This document shows, one piece after another, positions 36,795-48,143 of a stretch of 64,000 nt of DNA; the first letter of the stretch is position 1, and every line of letters begins with the position of its first letter. The notes under the pieces are model-generated. The model was not told the origin of the DNA. It saw only the letters and a program-made list of their open reading frames with translations, and did not search any database. Source of the stretch: Minisyncoccia bacterium. Lineage in GTDB: Bacteria > Patescibacteriota > Minisyncoccia > Phycocordibacterales > CAJBRS01. Both the position numbers and the translations under genes were made by a program. Location: NCBI GenBank assembly GCA_038215155.1, contig JBBQRF010000002.1:50712-114711 (forward strand), given 5' to 3'.

Positions 36795-38495
36795 ATGAAG
36801 TCCTATAAAGTTAGAGAACCTCTCACTGAAGCAGAAAAAGAACCTTTAAAATCCTATCCGGAATTTTTGCAGCATCTTTTGCATTATCGCGGCCTCCGGT
36901 CTGAGGAGGCCGCCGAAGCCTTTCTCACTCCTCAATATGAGACCGGTATTCATGACCCCTACTTAATGAAAGATATGGAGAAAGCGGTTAGTCGCACTCT
37001 GCTTGCCATTGAAAAAAAGGAGAAAACTATTATTTACAGTGATTTTGATGCAGATGGCATTCCCGGAGCAGTCATTCTTCATGATTTTTTCAAAAAGATT
37101 GGTTATGAAAATTTTCAAAACTACATTCCTGATCGCCACAATGAAGGATATGGTTTAAATCTAAAAGCCATCGAGAAATTCCAGGAAATGGGAGCGGGCC
37201 TTTTAATTACCATTGATTGTGGTATTTCTAATTTTAAAGAAATTGAGCTAGCTAATCAGTCCGGGATGGATGTCATTATTACTGATCACCATCTTCCACA
37301 TGAAAAATTACCGCCAGCATTCGCTATTCTTAATTCCAAACAAAATGATTGTGGATATCCATTTAAAATGCTTTGTGGGGCAGGTGTAGTTTTTAAATTG
37401 GTTCAAGCCATTCTTTTGAAGAATAGATTCGGCATGAAAGAGGGAATAGAGAAATGGTTTTTAGACATGGCGGGATTGGCTACTCTCTCAGATATGGTTC
37501 CACTTGTCGGCGAGAATCGAATTTTTGCCCATTACGGATTAAAGGTATTGAGGAAATCGCCTCGTCCGGGATTACTCGAACTGTTTCGTCGCACTGATAT
37601 TAATCCACGCCATCTTTCAGAGGAGGATATTTCCTTTAGTCTAACGCCTAAAATAAACGCTGCCTCCAGGATGGGTTCACCCCAAGAAGCCTTTGAATTA
37701 CTTTCTACCAACGACCTCTCCCGGGCCCGCGAACTTTCTGAATCTTTAATGAAATTGAATGATGAGAGAAAAGGTGTGGTTGCTTCAACTGCTAAAGAGA
37801 TTAAAAAGATTTTGAATAATCGAGAGGTTGGAGATGTGATGGTCCTGGGTAATCCCGATTGGCGACCCAGTCTCCTCGGATTAGTGGCTAATAGTCTGGC
37901 AGAGCAATATCAGAAACCAGTTTTTCTGTGGGGACGGGAGGGGAGCGGCCTACTTAAAGGCTCAGGCCGCTCGAATGGATTAATTGATCTTTCGGAATTG
38001 CTTAAAGAAGTAAGTACGGAAATTATTTCAGAATATGGCGGTCACGCCTTTGCTGGAGGGTTCAGCTTGTTTCCAGAGAAGGTTCATTTATTGGAGGAAG
38101 AGTTAAATAAGGCCTATAAAAAAGTGAAATCAGATGCTATTCCCGCCAAAAATTTTGTAGATAAAAAATTTTCTATTGATGAAGTGAATTGGGAAGTTTA
38201 CAAAATAATTGAGAATTTATCACCATACGGTGAAGGAAACCTTAAGCCGGTTTTTCTGTTCGAGAATGTAGAAATTGCGGAGATACGAAATTTTGGTAAG
38301 GCAAAGAATCATCTAGAGCTATCATTTACTAATAGTTTAGGAAAAAAGATTAAAGCTATCGGTTTCTTTATGAGTGATCAATTTGGATCACAAAAATTAG
38401 AAGCAAAAGGAAAAATTAATCTAGTAGCTAATTTTGAAAAATCCAATTATCGGAATTTTCCGGAACTCCGCTTGCGAATTGTAGATATTATTTAA
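36795..38495 (+). CDS. recJ: Single-stranded-DNA-specific exonuclease RecJ
   Basis: DHH domain (SDFDADGI, ITDHH), DHHA1 (GGHAFAGG), and C-terminal OB-like region. Confidence 0.9.
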   Translation: MKSYKVREPLTEAEKEPLKSYPEFLQHLLHYRGLRSEEAAEAFLTPQYETGIHDPYLMKDMEKAVSRTLLAIEKKEKTIIYSDFDADGIPGAVILHDFFKKIGYENFQNYIPDRHNEGYGLNLKAIEKFQEMGAGLLITIDCGISNFKEIELANQSGMDVIITDHHLPHEKLPPAFAILNSKQNDCGYPFKMLCGAGVVFKLVQAILLKNRFGMKEGIEKWFLDMAGLATLSDMVPLVGENRIFAHYGLKVLRKSPRPGLLELFRRTDINPRHLSEEDISFSLTPKINAASRMGSPQEAFELLSTNDLSRARELSESLMKLNDERKGVVASTAKEIKKILNNREVGDVMVLGNPDWRPSLLGLVANSLAEQYQKPVFLWGREGSGLLKGSGRSNGLIDLSELLKEVSTEIISEYGGHAFAGGFSLFPEKVHLLEEELNKAYKKVKSDAIPAKNFVDKKFSIDEVNWEVYKIIENLSPYGEGNLKPVFLFENVEIAEIRNFGKAKNHLELSFTNSLGKKIKAIGFFMSDQFGSQKLEAKGKINLVANFEKSNYRNFPELRLRIVDII

Positions 38496-38520
38496 TCTAG
38501 AAAAAATATAGAATATAAAT

Positions 38521-39249
38521 ATGGAAGTAATAAAAGAAATGTCTGTTGTTTTCACTGACGGAGCATCCAAAGGAAATCCTGGACCCGGAGGTTGGGGGGC
38601 GATTGCAATCATTTCCGATGATTCGGGAACTCATGTCACTGAATTAGGGGGCAGAGAGGAAAATGTAACTAATAATCAGATGGAATTAAGGGGAGCAATT
38701 GAAGCCTTACGGCATCTTTCACTTTCTGAAATTGATCTACTGATATACACTGACTCTTCGTATCTTATAAATGGTATTACTAAATGGTTGAGTGCCTGGA
38801 GAATGAATGAGTGGAAAACTAAAAACAAGAAAGTAGTTTTAAACCGCGAGCTCTGGGAAGAATTAGCCGAACTAACTGAAAATAAAAATATACAGTGGAA
38901 ATACGTAGGAGGACATTCAGGCATTGTCGGCAATGAAAGAGCTGATGTCATCGCCACAGAATTTGCTGAGGGGAAGCGGCCTAAGCTTTTTAGCAGACCT
39001 CTTAAAGAATATGGAATGGATATTCTAAATATTGATCTCGACGAGAGTAAGGCCACAGAAAAAACCGCCGCCCGCCGCCATTCAAAGGCGGCGGCCTACT
39101 CTTACGTCAGTTTAGTAGACGATAAAATTGAGACTCATCAAAATTGGAAAGACTGCGAGGCCCGGGTAAAAGGAAAATCTGGCGCTAGATTTAAGAAGGT
39201 TGTAAGCAAAGAAGAAGAAGGATCGGTAATTCAGCAGTTTTCTAACTAA
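38521..39249 (+). CDS. rnhA: Ribonuclease HI with an ~90-aa basic C-terminal extension
   Basis: TDGASKGNPGPGGWGA...TNNQMELRGAIEAL...YTDSSYLINGITKWLSAWRMNEWKT...GHSGIVGNERADVIA. Confidence 0.88.
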   Translation: MEVIKEMSVVFTDGASKGNPGPGGWGAIAIISDDSGTHVTELGGREENVTNNQMELRGAIEALRHLSLSEIDLLIYTDSSYLINGITKWLSAWRMNEWKTKNKKVVLNRELWEELAELTENKNIQWKYVGGHSGIVGNERADVIATEFAEGKRPKLFSRPLKEYGMDILNIDLDESKATEKTAARRHSKAAAYSYVSLVDDKIETHQNWKDCEARVKGKSGARFKKVVSKEEEGSVIQQFSN

Positions 39250-39290
39250 ATTTTAAATAAATTTTATCTCCTTTTCACTAAACTTAGTAA

Positions 39291-40757
39291 GTGAAATTTT
39301 ATCTTTTTGTCTGGAGTTTTTTTGGTGGTGTCTTTTTAATTTCCGTCTTTAGCCTAGTGAGTTCGGCCATCATCCTCGGAGTAATATTCTCCGGTGTGAT
39401 AGTTGTAGGCGCCCTAAGAAAAGAATACCTACTTATCAGTTTTTTATTTTTTCTGGCTCTTATAATGGGTGCTTGTCGGATGGAAGTAGACAAGCACCGT
39501 ACTCCCAACCAAATATTGGTGGATAGTTTAAATAAATTTGTAACCATTCGAGGGATTTTAGTAGATGAGCCAGACCAAAGAGAAAATAGCACTAATTTAG
39601 TCGTCTTGCCGAACGTAGTATCTGAAAAAATACTCCCGGGTAGCACATCGGAGAAAATTCTGGTTCGAGCAATGGCTGATTCGAATTTTCAATACGGTGA
39701 CGAAGTGGAACTAAAGGGCAGGTTAGAGTTACCACAGAAAATCCTCTCCGGCAACGCTGATTTTAATTATCCAGAATATCTAGCCAAGGATGATATTTAT
39801 TATCTGATACCGCGAGCAGATGTAAGAAAAATTTCTACGGGACACGGAAATATAACTAAACGCACTCTCTTTAAACTAAAAGCTAACTTTCTTAGAAATA
39901 TAAACGCCATATTGCCCCAACCGCACGCTGGTTTTGTTGAGGGTATCGTAATTGCCGGTAAGAAATCTTTACCTAAAAACCTTCTGACAGAATTTCAGAG
40001 GACGGGTACTCTCCAAATTATTGTTCTATCAGGGTACAACATTACTATTGTTGCCGAGGCAATGATGAGGCTCTTTTCCTATCTAATGGGCGCCGGATTT
40101 TCCTACTTCGCCGGCGCCTTCTCCATCATCTTATTTTCCATAATGGCAGGAGGTTCTGCCACGGTCATTCGGGCCACTTTAATGGCTCTCATCTCTATAT
40201 TAGCTAAAGCCACTCATCGAGTTTACCAAGCAAAGCGCGCTCTATTTTTAGCCGGATTTTTAATGGTTTTTCAAAATCCGCGTATTTTAGTATATGACCC
40301 TTCCTTTCAATTAAGTTTTCTGGCCACCCTAGGGTTGATGGTTCTTTCACCTTATTTTGAAAAACACTTACAATTCTTGCCTGAAAAATTTCAGATTAGA
40401 AACACTGCAAGCGCCACTCTCTCTGCTCAAGTTTTCGTTACGCCTTTAATTCTTTATCAGATTGGTCAACTTTCGTTAGTGTCGGTGCCGGCTAATATGC
40501 TAATGATGTTAGCCATCCCTATCCTCATGCTCTCTGGTTTCTTGACCGGACTCTGGGCTTTTGTAAGTAAGATTGTTGCTTTTCCTCTAGCTTTTATTTC
40601 TTACACACTAGTCTCATACGAGCTACTAGTTTTGAAAATATTTTCCCGCACTCCCTTCGCTTCCATCACCCTCCCATTTTCTGTTTGGCTTTTAGCAATC
40701 AGTTACGGCCTCTATATTTTTATGTGGATAAAAAGTTATAAAGGCCGCTCTGCTTAG
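39291..40757 (+). CDS. comEC: ComEC/Rec2 family DNA-internalisation channel (membrane competence domain, DUF4131 plus competence domain). It lacks the fused MBL domain.
   Basis: Polytopic membrane protein. OB-like N-terminal part (FVTIRGILVDEPDQREN...) and a ComEC core with many TM helices. Confidence 0.8.
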   Translation: MKFYLFVWSFFGGVFLISVFSLVSSAIILGVIFSGVIVVGALRKEYLLISFLFFLALIMGACRMEVDKHRTPNQILVDSLNKFVTIRGILVDEPDQRENSTNLVVLPNVVSEKILPGSTSEKILVRAMADSNFQYGDEVELKGRLELPQKILSGNADFNYPEYLAKDDIYYLIPRADVRKISTGHGNITKRTLFKLKANFLRNINAILPQPHAGFVEGIVIAGKKSLPKNLLTEFQRTGTLQIIVLSGYNITIVAEAMMRLFSYLMGAGFSYFAGAFSIILFSIMAGGSATVIRATLMALISILAKATHRVYQAKRALFLAGFLMVFQNPRILVYDPSFQLSFLATLGLMVLSPYFEKHLQFLPEKFQIRNTASATLSAQVFVTPLILYQIGQLSLVSVPANMLMMLAIPILMLSGFLTGLWAFVSKIVAFPLAFISYTLVSYELLVLKIFSRTPFASITLPFSVWLLAISYGLYIFMWIKSYKGRSA

Positions 40758-41353
40758 ATAGCTTTCTCAAATCTCTCCTCCACTTTAGTCCAATTAAGAT
40801 TGGTAAAAAAAGCTTCCACATATTTTTTCTTTTCTGAAGGAGGATAATCGAGCATGTAAGAATGCTCCCACATATCTAATCCAAGTAAAAAACGAAGTGA
40901 ATTAAGATGACCTAAATGCTGCTCGTCTACCCAGGCGTTTAATAACTTGCCAGTTCGAGGATCTAAATAAAGATTGGCCCAACCCACTCCGCGAGTCATG
41001 GCAATCATTTTAAATTGATCAAGCCACCCAGGAAAACTGCCAAACTGATCAACAATACTTTTATAGAATGAGCCTCCTGCACTTGCTTCCAAAGCTCCGC
41101 CTTCAAGTTGTTCAAAGTAATACTCGTGGTTTCTCATCCCGTCAAATTCAAAACCGAGGCGCCGTTGGACCTCTCCCATAACAAATGAATTTTTTCCTAG
41201 ATCGCTCGAGAGCTCTTTTAATTTCTCCTGAATTAAATTGGTGTGCTTAACATAGCCTGCGTAAAGGTTTAGATGTTCCTCGATGGTTTTGGCTGAAATT
41301 CCTTTTAATTCCGGAATGTTGAATTTTTTTTCAGCATATATTTCATTTGGCAT
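40754..41353 (-). CDS. sodA: Fe/Mn superoxide dismutase
   Basis: HH..H.. N-terminal metal ligands and C-terminal DMWEHSYMLDY signature. Confidence 0.92.
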   Translation of the reverse strand: MPNEIYAEKKFNIPELKGISAKTIEEHLNLYAGYVKHTNLIQEKLKELSSDLGKNSFVMGEVQRRLGFEFDGMRNHEYYFEQLEGGALEASAGGSFYKSIVDQFGSFPGWLDQFKMIAMTRGVGWANLYLDPRTGKLLNAWVDEQHLGHLNSLRFLLGLDMWEHSYMLDYPPSEKKKYVEAFFTNLNWTKVEERFEKAI

Positions 41354-41502
41354 ATTAGTGGTGACTCGAAACTGAGTTTAGAATTAGTTAGTAATAATTT
41401 TAAGTTGCTTTAGTTATAATAACATTTCTGAAATGGTTCAAAACTAACACATTAATAGGATTAGCAGCCATTCTGCTTTTAGTAAACGCGGGTGTTTGGT
41501 AC

Positions 41503-42291
41503 GTGGCGATCTGGGAAAATCGGGGTAATTTCATGAAAGTAGCCTTCTTAAGTATCGGTCAAGGCGACTCTACTTTGATTGAGTCGCCTAATGGAAATAA
41601 AATCTTGATTGATGCTGGGCCGAATGGCATCATAACGGAAAGCGAGCTAGCTAAAGAACTACCTTTCTATGATCGTCATATAAATTTAATTATTCTTACT
41701 CATCCAGACTCTGATCACGTGGCGGGATTCTTAAAAATTATAGAGGACTATCAAGTGGACCAAGTGATGGAGCCTGGTTCTCACGCTGAGACTGCCACTT
41801 ATAAAAAAATTGAAGAAGCAATCGCCGCAAAAAATATTCCAAAAGTTTTAGCGAGGCGGGGCATGCGCATCATTCTAGATAAGAAAAGAAAAATCTATCT
41901 CACCATCCTATTTCCTGATCGAGATCCTACGAATTGGGAGACAAACACTAGTTCTATTGTTTCTCGGCTTACTTACGGTCGAGAGTCATTCCTTTTTCAG
42001 GGAGATTCTCCACAAAAAATAGAAAACTATTTGGTTTCGCTTGACGGCCCCAATTTAAAAAGCGAGGTCTTAAAGGTGGGACACCATGGTTCAAAAACTT
42101 CTACAAGCGACTTGTATGCCTCTACCGTCAACCCCACCTATGCCGTTATTTCTGCCGGTCTAAATAATCGCTATAGTTTTCCGCATCCGCAGACCTTGGA
42201 TATATTAAATAAATATCACACCAATATATTGAAAACATATGACTCGGGAACAATAGTGATGAAATCAGACGGACAGACAATTAGTTATTAA
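41503..42291 (+). CDS. MBL-fold metallo-hydrolase. It matches the C-terminal beta-lactamase-like domain of ComEC, encoded here as a separate gene.
   Basis: ILTHPDSDHVAG (HxHxDH), ...LKVGHHGS.... Signal/TM N-terminus. Confidence 0.8.
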   Translation: MAIWENRGNFMKVAFLSIGQGDSTLIESPNGNKILIDAGPNGIITESELAKELPFYDRHINLIILTHPDSDHVAGFLKIIEDYQVDQVMEPGSHAETATYKKIEEAIAAKNIPKVLARRGMRIILDKKRKIYLTILFPDRDPTNWETNTSSIVSRLTYGRESFLFQGDSPQKIENYLVSLDGPNLKSEVLKVGHHGSKTSTSDLYASTVNPTYAVISAGLNNRYSFPHPQTLDILNKYHTNILKTYDSGTIVMKSDGQTISY

Positions 42292-42331
42292 TTGACAATC
42301 ACTTCTCCAATCGTAAAATGAAAAACAGAAT

Positions 42332-42604
42332 ATGATTACGGAAGTTGATGTATACGAGCCAATTTACAAGCTCACTATAAAAGAAGAGTCAGTAAGTTGG
42401 CGAAAATTGGTCACTTTGATTTTTGTTGGGAATTGGCCCGAGAAAGATATTCGAGATGAGATTGAGAAAAAATATAAGACCGGCCTTGACCCTAAAGCTC
42501 TTAAACTCTTCACAGAAGGAGAGCAATGCTTTAAATTAGAAACTAGAACAGTAGAAAACCAGCGAAGGTCCTATCGAATTTATCCGGAGAATCCTCCACG
42601 ATAA
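42332..42604 (+). CDS. Hypothetical protein
   Basis: 90-aa ORF with plausible spacing. No recognised motif. Confidence 0.4.
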   Translation: MITEVDVYEPIYKLTIKEESVSWRKLVTLIFVGNWPEKDIRDEIEKKYKTGLDPKALKLFTEGEQCFKLETRTVENQRRSYRIYPENPPR

Positions 42605-42619
42605 ATAACCAAGAAATTG

Positions 42620-42648
42620 GTGTCTGCAAGGTTGCAGACTTTTTATTT
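42620..42648. terminator. Bidirectional rho-independent terminator
   Basis: gtctgcaaggttgcagac hairpin followed by TTTTTATTT, between convergent genes. Confidence 0.7.
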
Positions 42649-42889
42649 AGATTACCCCAGCTTTCTTTAGTGTGGCGTAGGCGCCGTTCTTCTGGATAGT
42701 TTTTAGTCCTCTGGTGGAGATTGTGATGGTCACCGTCTTTTTAAGTTCAGGAATGTAGACCCGCTTTTTCTGCAGGTTAGGATATTTCCGAACCTGCCCA
42801 GTTGGATTAAACTGAGTGGCACGAGTGCGATTTGAATAACCGCCCCCCATCCGAGAACCTACTTTTGTGATTGCGCAGACTTTAGCCAT
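42647..42889 (-). CDS. rpmB: 50S ribosomal protein L28
   Basis: MAKVCAITKVGSRMGGGYSNRTRAT...L28-family pattern (MSRVCQVTGKR...). Confidence 0.8.
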   Translation of the reverse strand: MAKVCAITKVGSRMGGGYSNRTRATQFNPTGQVRKYPNLQKKRVYIPELKKTVTITISTRGLKTIQKNGAYATLKKAGVI

Positions 42890-42941
42890 AAGTTAAATGA
42901 TGCTATCATAACTTCATTAAATTTGGCAACTCCCATTTTTT

Positions 42942-43565
42942 ATGACAGATCCTACTATTTTTATCTTTTCAATAATTATTCTCCTTTTTTCAGTCATCGT
43001 TCATGAAGTAGCTCATGGATATGCGGCCGAAGCCCTTGGAGATCCAACCGCGCGTTATGCTGGGCGGCTGACCCTCAATCCCATTCCACACCTAGATTTA
43101 TTTGGCTCTATTATTTTGCCAGTTTTATTAGTTCTGACCCACTCACCCTTTTTAATAGGATGGGCGAAACCGGTGCCTTACAACCCTTTTAACTTGCGCA
43201 ATCAAAGATGGGGAGAAGCAATGGTGGCTGGAGCGGGACCTTTGGTAAACATTTTTATATTTTTAATTTTCGGTCTGGTGTTGCGCTTTTATGGGACCAC
43301 TTTCTCTCCGGCCACCCTCACCATCATAAGTACGGTAGTTATTATTAATCTAGTAATCGCCATTTTTAATCTGGTGCCGATACCGCCTCTTGATGGTTCG
43401 AAATTACTTTTTTCCATTTTGCCGGGGGGCGCTCGAGCTCTGTGGGTTTCGCTCGAGCGTTACGGTTTCTTTCTAGTCATAATCTTCGTGGTGTTTCTGT
43501 GGCCATACGTCAGTCCGATTATCGGTTTGATTTTCAGTTTTGTAACTGGAATTCGCCTCTACTAG
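42942..43565 (+). CDS. Site-2 protease (peptidase M50) family membrane metalloprotease
   Basis: HEVAHGYAA (HExxH) in TM1 and NLVPIPPLDGSKL (LDG motif). Confidence 0.85.
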   Translation: MTDPTIFIFSIIILLFSVIVHEVAHGYAAEALGDPTARYAGRLTLNPIPHLDLFGSIILPVLLVLTHSPFLIGWAKPVPYNPFNLRNQRWGEAMVAGAGPLVNIFIFLIFGLVLRFYGTTFSPATLTIISTVVIINLVIAIFNLVPIPPLDGSKLLFSILPGGARALWVSLERYGFFLVIIFVVFLWPYVSPIIGLIFSFVTGIRLY

Positions 43566-43619
43566 CACGGACCGAGGAATTTGCTTTTTTCAAGTCTACA
43601 TATTAAAGTATGAACTCAC

Positions 43620-44027
43620 ATGGCAACAATCAATCAGCTAGTTCGACGAAAAAGAGTCCATCCAATCCGCAAGACAAAGGCGGTTGCTTTAACTCGTACC
43701 TTTAACACCCTAAAAAATCGTCCTGGCTATAATCCTTCTCCATTTAAGCGAGGGGTCTGCACTAAAGTCACCACCAAAACTCCAAAGAAGCCTAACTCTG
43801 CTATTCGAAAAATTGCTCGTGTTCGATTAACTAATGGTCTAGAAGTAACTGCCTACATTCCCGGAGAAGGTCACAATCTACAAGAACACTCCGTTGTATT
43901 ACTTCGATCTGGAAAAGTTAAAGATATTGGCGTGCGATACACTATCGTCCGCGGTGTTCTTGATGCTCAAGGAGTAGAGAAGCGACGAAAGGTCAGAAGT
44001 ATGTACGGAGCTAAAAAGCCTAAATAA
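43620..44027 (+). CDS. rpsL: 30S ribosomal protein S12
   Basis: [11 protein letters not shown]...PKKPNSA... Confidence 0.97.
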   Translation: MATINQLVRRKRVHPIRKTKAVALTRTFNTLKNRPGYNPSPFKRGVCTKVTTKTPKKPNSAIRKIARVRLTNGLEVTAYIPGEGHNLQEHSVVLLRSGKVKDIGVRYTIVRGVLDAQGVEKRRKVRSMYGAKKPK

Positions 44028-44040
44028 TTAGAAAGAATCA

Positions 44041-44511
44041 ATGCGACGAAAAGTAAAAAATAGAAATAAAGTTGGACCAGAAGCTACTTACGACTCCGAA
44101 AAAGTAGCTAAGTTTATTAATTACTGCATGGAACGAGGAAAGAAAAATGCTGCCCGCAAGATTGTTTACAGTGCCTTCGAAGTAATTAAAGAAAAGAACA
44201 AAACTGATAACCCAATGGAAGTTTTTGACACTGCTCTCAAGAACACCGCTCCTCAGATGGAAGTGCGTTCTCGCCGAGTCGGAGGAGCAAATTACCAAGT
44301 ACCTCGAGAAGTGCGCCCAGAAAGACGCCAAGAGCTTTCAATGAAATGGATCATTTTGGCTGCCAAGGGTAAAAAAGGTCAGCCCATGCATGTAAAATTA
44401 GCCGATGAGATTATCGCGGCATCAAAAAATGAAGGAGAAGCGGTGAAGAAACGCGAAAATACTCACAAAATGGCCGAATCAAACAAGGCCTTTGCCCACT
44501 TTGCTTGGTAA
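44041..44511 (+). CDS. rpsG: 30S ribosomal protein S7
   Basis: Canonical S7 sequence in the str operon position. Confidence 0.97.
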   Translation: MRRKVKNRNKVGPEATYDSEKVAKFINYCMERGKKNAARKIVYSAFEVIKEKNKTDNPMEVFDTALKNTAPQMEVRSRRVGGANYQVPREVRPERRQELSMKWIILAAKGKKGQPMHVKLADEIIAASKNEGEAVKKRENTHKMAESNKAFAHFAW

Positions 44512-44592
44512 TTATTTTTTGCGCATTTAATTAAATCATGTTATTTTTATTTGGCGACTCGCCGAGTCGTTTTTTAATCGAAATTAAGAAAA

Positions 44593-46734
44593 ATGAACAG
44601 AGACTATCCACTAGAACGCGTCCGTAACTTCGGAATCATTGCCCATATTGATGCCGGAAAAACTACCACTTCCGAGCGTATTCTCTATTACACCGGAGAG
44701 TCACATAAAATTGGAGAAGTACACGAAGGTAACACTACTACTGACTGGATGGAACAAGAGCGAGAGCGAGGCATTACTATTACCGCCGCCGCTATTACCT
44801 GTTTCTGGAACCCAACTTACATGGGAACAGATACATCACTGAAACAACGTTTTAATATTATTGATACCCCAGGTCACATTGACTTCACTGCTGAAGTAAA
44901 GCGCTCACTTCGAGTGTTAGACGGTGCCGTAGTCGTTTTCGACGGAGTAGCGGGTGTGGAACCTCAATCAGAAACTAACTGGCGATATGCTGATGATGGA
45001 AATGTGCCAAGAATTTGTTTCATTAATAAACTAGACCGCTTAGGCGGTAGTTTTGAACGATCATTTCAATCAATTCTAGATCGTCTGACTAAAAATGCCG
45101 TTCGAATGCAAATTCCTATGGGGGCAGAGGATAAATTTGAAGGAGTAATCGATCTTCTGAAAATGAAGGCCTATTATTTTGAAGGAACAATGGGAATTGA
45201 TATTCGTGAGGCAGAAATTCCGGCGGAGTATTTAGAAGAAGCAAAAAAATATCGCCATGACTTAGTAGAAAAAATTGTTGAGCAAGATGATCAAATGATG
45301 CACAACTATTTAGAAGGGAAGGAAGCATCAATTGAAGATTTGAAAAAAACCTTACGAAAAGCCACTCTTGAATTAAAAATTATTCCAGTTTTTAGTGGAT
45401 CTGCTTTAAAAAACAAAGGAGTTCAGTTGGTTTTGGATGCAGTGGTGGATTACCTGCCAAGCCCTTTAGATATTCCTCCTGTTACAGGACTCGATCCAAA
45501 AACAGGTGAAAAAATAAGTCGAAACCCATCGGACGAAGAACCTTTTGCCGCCCTGGCCTTCAAACTTCAGTCTGACCCATTCGTCGGGCAACTGACTTTC
45601 TTTCGAGTTTATTCCGGAACGATTGAAGCGGGCTCATATATTTATAATGCAACCACTGGGGACAAAGAGCGCCTCGGCCGTATTGTCCGTCTGCAAGCAG
45701 ACAAACGAGAAGAAGTGAAAAAAGTTTTTGCTGGAGAAATTGCGGCCGCTGTAGGTTTAAAAACTGCTAGAACTTCTCATACTTTTTGTGATGAGAAAAA
45801 CCCAATTATTCTAGACCCAATTAAATTCGTGGAACCAGTGGTGTCCTTGCGCATCGAACCAAAAACTAAAGCCGATCAAGAAAAAATGGGTATGGCCATG
45901 AAGAAGTTACAAGACGAAGACCCTACCTTTAAAGTTAGCTCAAATACTGAGACGATGGAAACTATCATTTCCGGTATGGGTGAGCTCCACCTTGAAATTA
46001 TGATTGACCGCATGAAAAGGGAATTCGGCGTTGAAGCCAATGTGGGCCAGCCGCAGGTAGCTTACAGAGAAACTATTACCGGAACTGCTGAGGCAGAACA
46101 CAAATACATCAAACAATCTGGAGGAAAAGGACAATACGGACACGTCAAGATCACTCTTAAACCGATGGAGCCAGTAGATCCTGAAAAGAAGGTTCCTAAA
46201 AACGTTAGTCGTTATAGCGATTTTGAATTTATAAACAATATTAAGGGAGGAGTTATTCCAATTGAGTTTATTCCAGCGGTAGAAAAAGGAGTGCGAGAAG
46301 CTATGACTCGCGGTATTGTGGCTGGCTTTCCGATGGTAAATGTCTCTTGTGATCTTACCTATGGTTCTTATCACGACGTCGACTCTTCAGAAATTGCTTA
46401 CAAGATTGCCGCTTCACAAGCTTTTCAAGATGGAGCTAAACGTGCTCGACCAGTTATTCTCGAGCCTATTATGAAATTAGAAATAGTAGTGCCGGAAAAA
46501 TTCATGGGCGATATTACCGGTAATCTTAATTCTAAACGCGCTCAGATTGAAGGCATGGAAGATAGGGGAATGTTGAAAGTCATCCGGGCTCAGGTGCCTC
46601 TATCAGAAATGTTTGGCTATGTGACTTCACTGCGTTCGATGACTGAAGGACGAGGAAGCGCCAACATGGAATTTGATCATTATGATATTGTTCCACCTCA
46701 GGTAGAGAAATCTATTGTAGAAGCAAGGAAATAA
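44593..46734 (+). CDS. fusA: Elongation factor G
   Basis: [15 protein letters not shown]...DTPGHIDF... Confidence 0.98.
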   Translation: MNRDYPLERVRNFGIIAHIDAGKTTTSERILYYTGESHKIGEVHEGNTTTDWMEQERERGITITAAAITCFWNPTYMGTDTSLKQRFNIIDTPGHIDFTAEVKRSLRVLDGAVVVFDGVAGVEPQSETNWRYADDGNVPRICFINKLDRLGGSFERSFQSILDRLTKNAVRMQIPMGAEDKFEGVIDLLKMKAYYFEGTMGIDIREAEIPAEYLEEAKKYRHDLVEKIVEQDDQMMHNYLEGKEASIEDLKKTLRKATLELKIIPVFSGSALKNKGVQLVLDAVVDYLPSPLDIPPVTGLDPKTGEKISRNPSDEEPFAALAFKLQSDPFVGQLTFFRVYSGTIEAGSYIYNATTGDKERLGRIVRLQADKREEVKKVFAGEIAAAVGLKTARTSHTFCDEKNPIILDPIKFVEPVVSLRIEPKTKADQEKMGMAMKKLQDEDPTFKVSSNTETMETIISGMGELHLEIMIDRMKREFGVEANVGQPQVAYRETITGTAEAEHKYIKQSGGKGQYGHVKITLKPMEPVDPEKKVPKNVSRYSDFEFINNIKGGVIPIEFIPAVEKGVREAMTRGIVAGFPMVNVSCDLTYGSYHDVDSSEIAYKIAASQAFQDGAKRARPVILEPIMKLEIVVPEKFMGDITGNLNSKRAQIEGMEDRGMLKVIRAQVPLSEMFGYVTSLRSMTEGRGSANMEFDHYDIVPPQVEKSIVEARK

Positions 46735-46740
46735 AGAGAA

Positions 46741-46768
46741 GATGGGGCCGCGAAGCGGCCCCATCTTA
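46741..46768 (+). terminator. GC-rich hairpin after fusA (terminator/attenuator, weak U-tract)
   Basis: gatggggccgcgaagcggccccatc. Confidence 0.45.
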
Positions 46769-46937
46769 CTAAATTCGTTTGACTTCTTTTTTAACTTTGT
46801 TATCATTCCTCTTACACGTTTTGTTAATTCCCTACGGGGTTTTGACTCTAAACGAGGGATAATTATGTTTGCAGACTCTGAAGAGGTGCAGACAGATTTA
46901 AATATTAATAGAAAATTATAATTAACTAATAAAATAT

Positions 46938-48143
46938 ATGGCAGAGACTTTTGATAGATCAAAACCTCACGTCAACGTTGGAACTATTGGTCACGTTGAC
47001 CACGGAAAGACCACTACTACCGCCGCTATTCTTCACGTCCTTGGAAATCTCGGAAAGGACAAAGGTTATAGCGCTCGAGTAGAAAATGTAGATGGTATTG
47101 ATAATGCTCCTGAAGAGAAGGCCCGAGGAATTACTATTGCCCTTCACCATTCTGAATACGAGACTCCAAACCGTCACTACGCTCACATTGACGCCCCTGG
47201 TCACGCCGATTACATCAAGAACATGATTACTGGAGCGGCTCAAATGGACGGCGCTATTCTTGTAGTAGCTGCTACCGATGGAGCTATGCCCCAAACTCGC
47301 GAGCACGTACTCTTGGCTAAACAAGTTGGAGTGCCTAAGATGATCGTTTATCTAAATAAGTGCGACATGGTAGATGATAAGGATTTGATTGACCTAGTGG
47401 AAGCAGAAATTCGAGAACTTCTTACTAAGAATGATTTCGATGGAGATAATGCTCCTGTTATCCGAGGTTCTTCTATTAAAGCCCTTGAAGCTAAAAGCAT
47501 TGATGATGAAAGTGCTAAGCCAATTGTAGATCTTATCAACGCTTTGGACACCTACATCCCAACTCCTATCAGAGAAATTGAAAAGCCTTTCCTTATGCCC
47601 GTAGAAGACATCTTCTCTATTGAAGGCCGAGGAACTGTAGTTACAGGGAGAATTGAGAGAGGAAAGGTAAAGGTAGGTGAAGAAATAGAAATCATCGGAC
47701 TTCACCCTACTACCAAGACCACTATTACTGGAATTGAAATGTTCAATAAATCTTTGGCTGAAGGTCTTGCTGGAGATAATGCTGGAATCTTACTCCGAGG
47801 TACTAAAAAGGAAGACGTACATCGTGGTCAAGTTTTAGCAAAGAGTGGTTCTGTCACTCCTCACACTGAATTTGAAGCTGAAGTCTACATTTTGAAGAAA
47901 GAAGAAGGTGGCCGACATACTCCATTCTTTACTGGATACAAACCTCAGTTCTACATTCGAACTACTGACGTAACTGGAGAAGTAACTCTAAATGAAGGAG
48001 TAGAAATGGTTATGCCGGGAGACACTGTTACTTTCAAAGTAAAATTGGTTGCACCGGTTGCTCTTGAAGAAAAACAACGCTTCGCTATTCGAGAAGGTGG
48101 AAAGACAGTGGGCGCTGGAGTAGTTACTAAGATTACCGCGTAG
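46938..48143 (+). CDS. tuf: Elongation factor Tu
   Basis: [18 protein letters not shown]...DAPGHADY... Confidence 0.98.
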   Translation: MAETFDRSKPHVNVGTIGHVDHGKTTTTAAILHVLGNLGKDKGYSARVENVDGIDNAPEEKARGITIALHHSEYETPNRHYAHIDAPGHADYIKNMITGAAQMDGAILVVAATDGAMPQTREHVLLAKQVGVPKMIVYLNKCDMVDDKDLIDLVEAEIRELLTKNDFDGDNAPVIRGSSIKALEAKSIDDESAKPIVDLINALDTYIPTPIREIEKPFLMPVEDIFSIEGRGTVVTGRIERGKVKVGEEIEIIGLHPTTKTTITGIEMFNKSLAEGLAGDNAGILLRGTKKEDVHRGQVLAKSGSVTPHTEFEAEVYILKKEEGGRHTPFFTGYKPQFYIRTTDVTGEVTLNEGVEMVMPGDTVTFKVKLVAPVALEEKQRFAIREGGKTVGAGVVTKITA

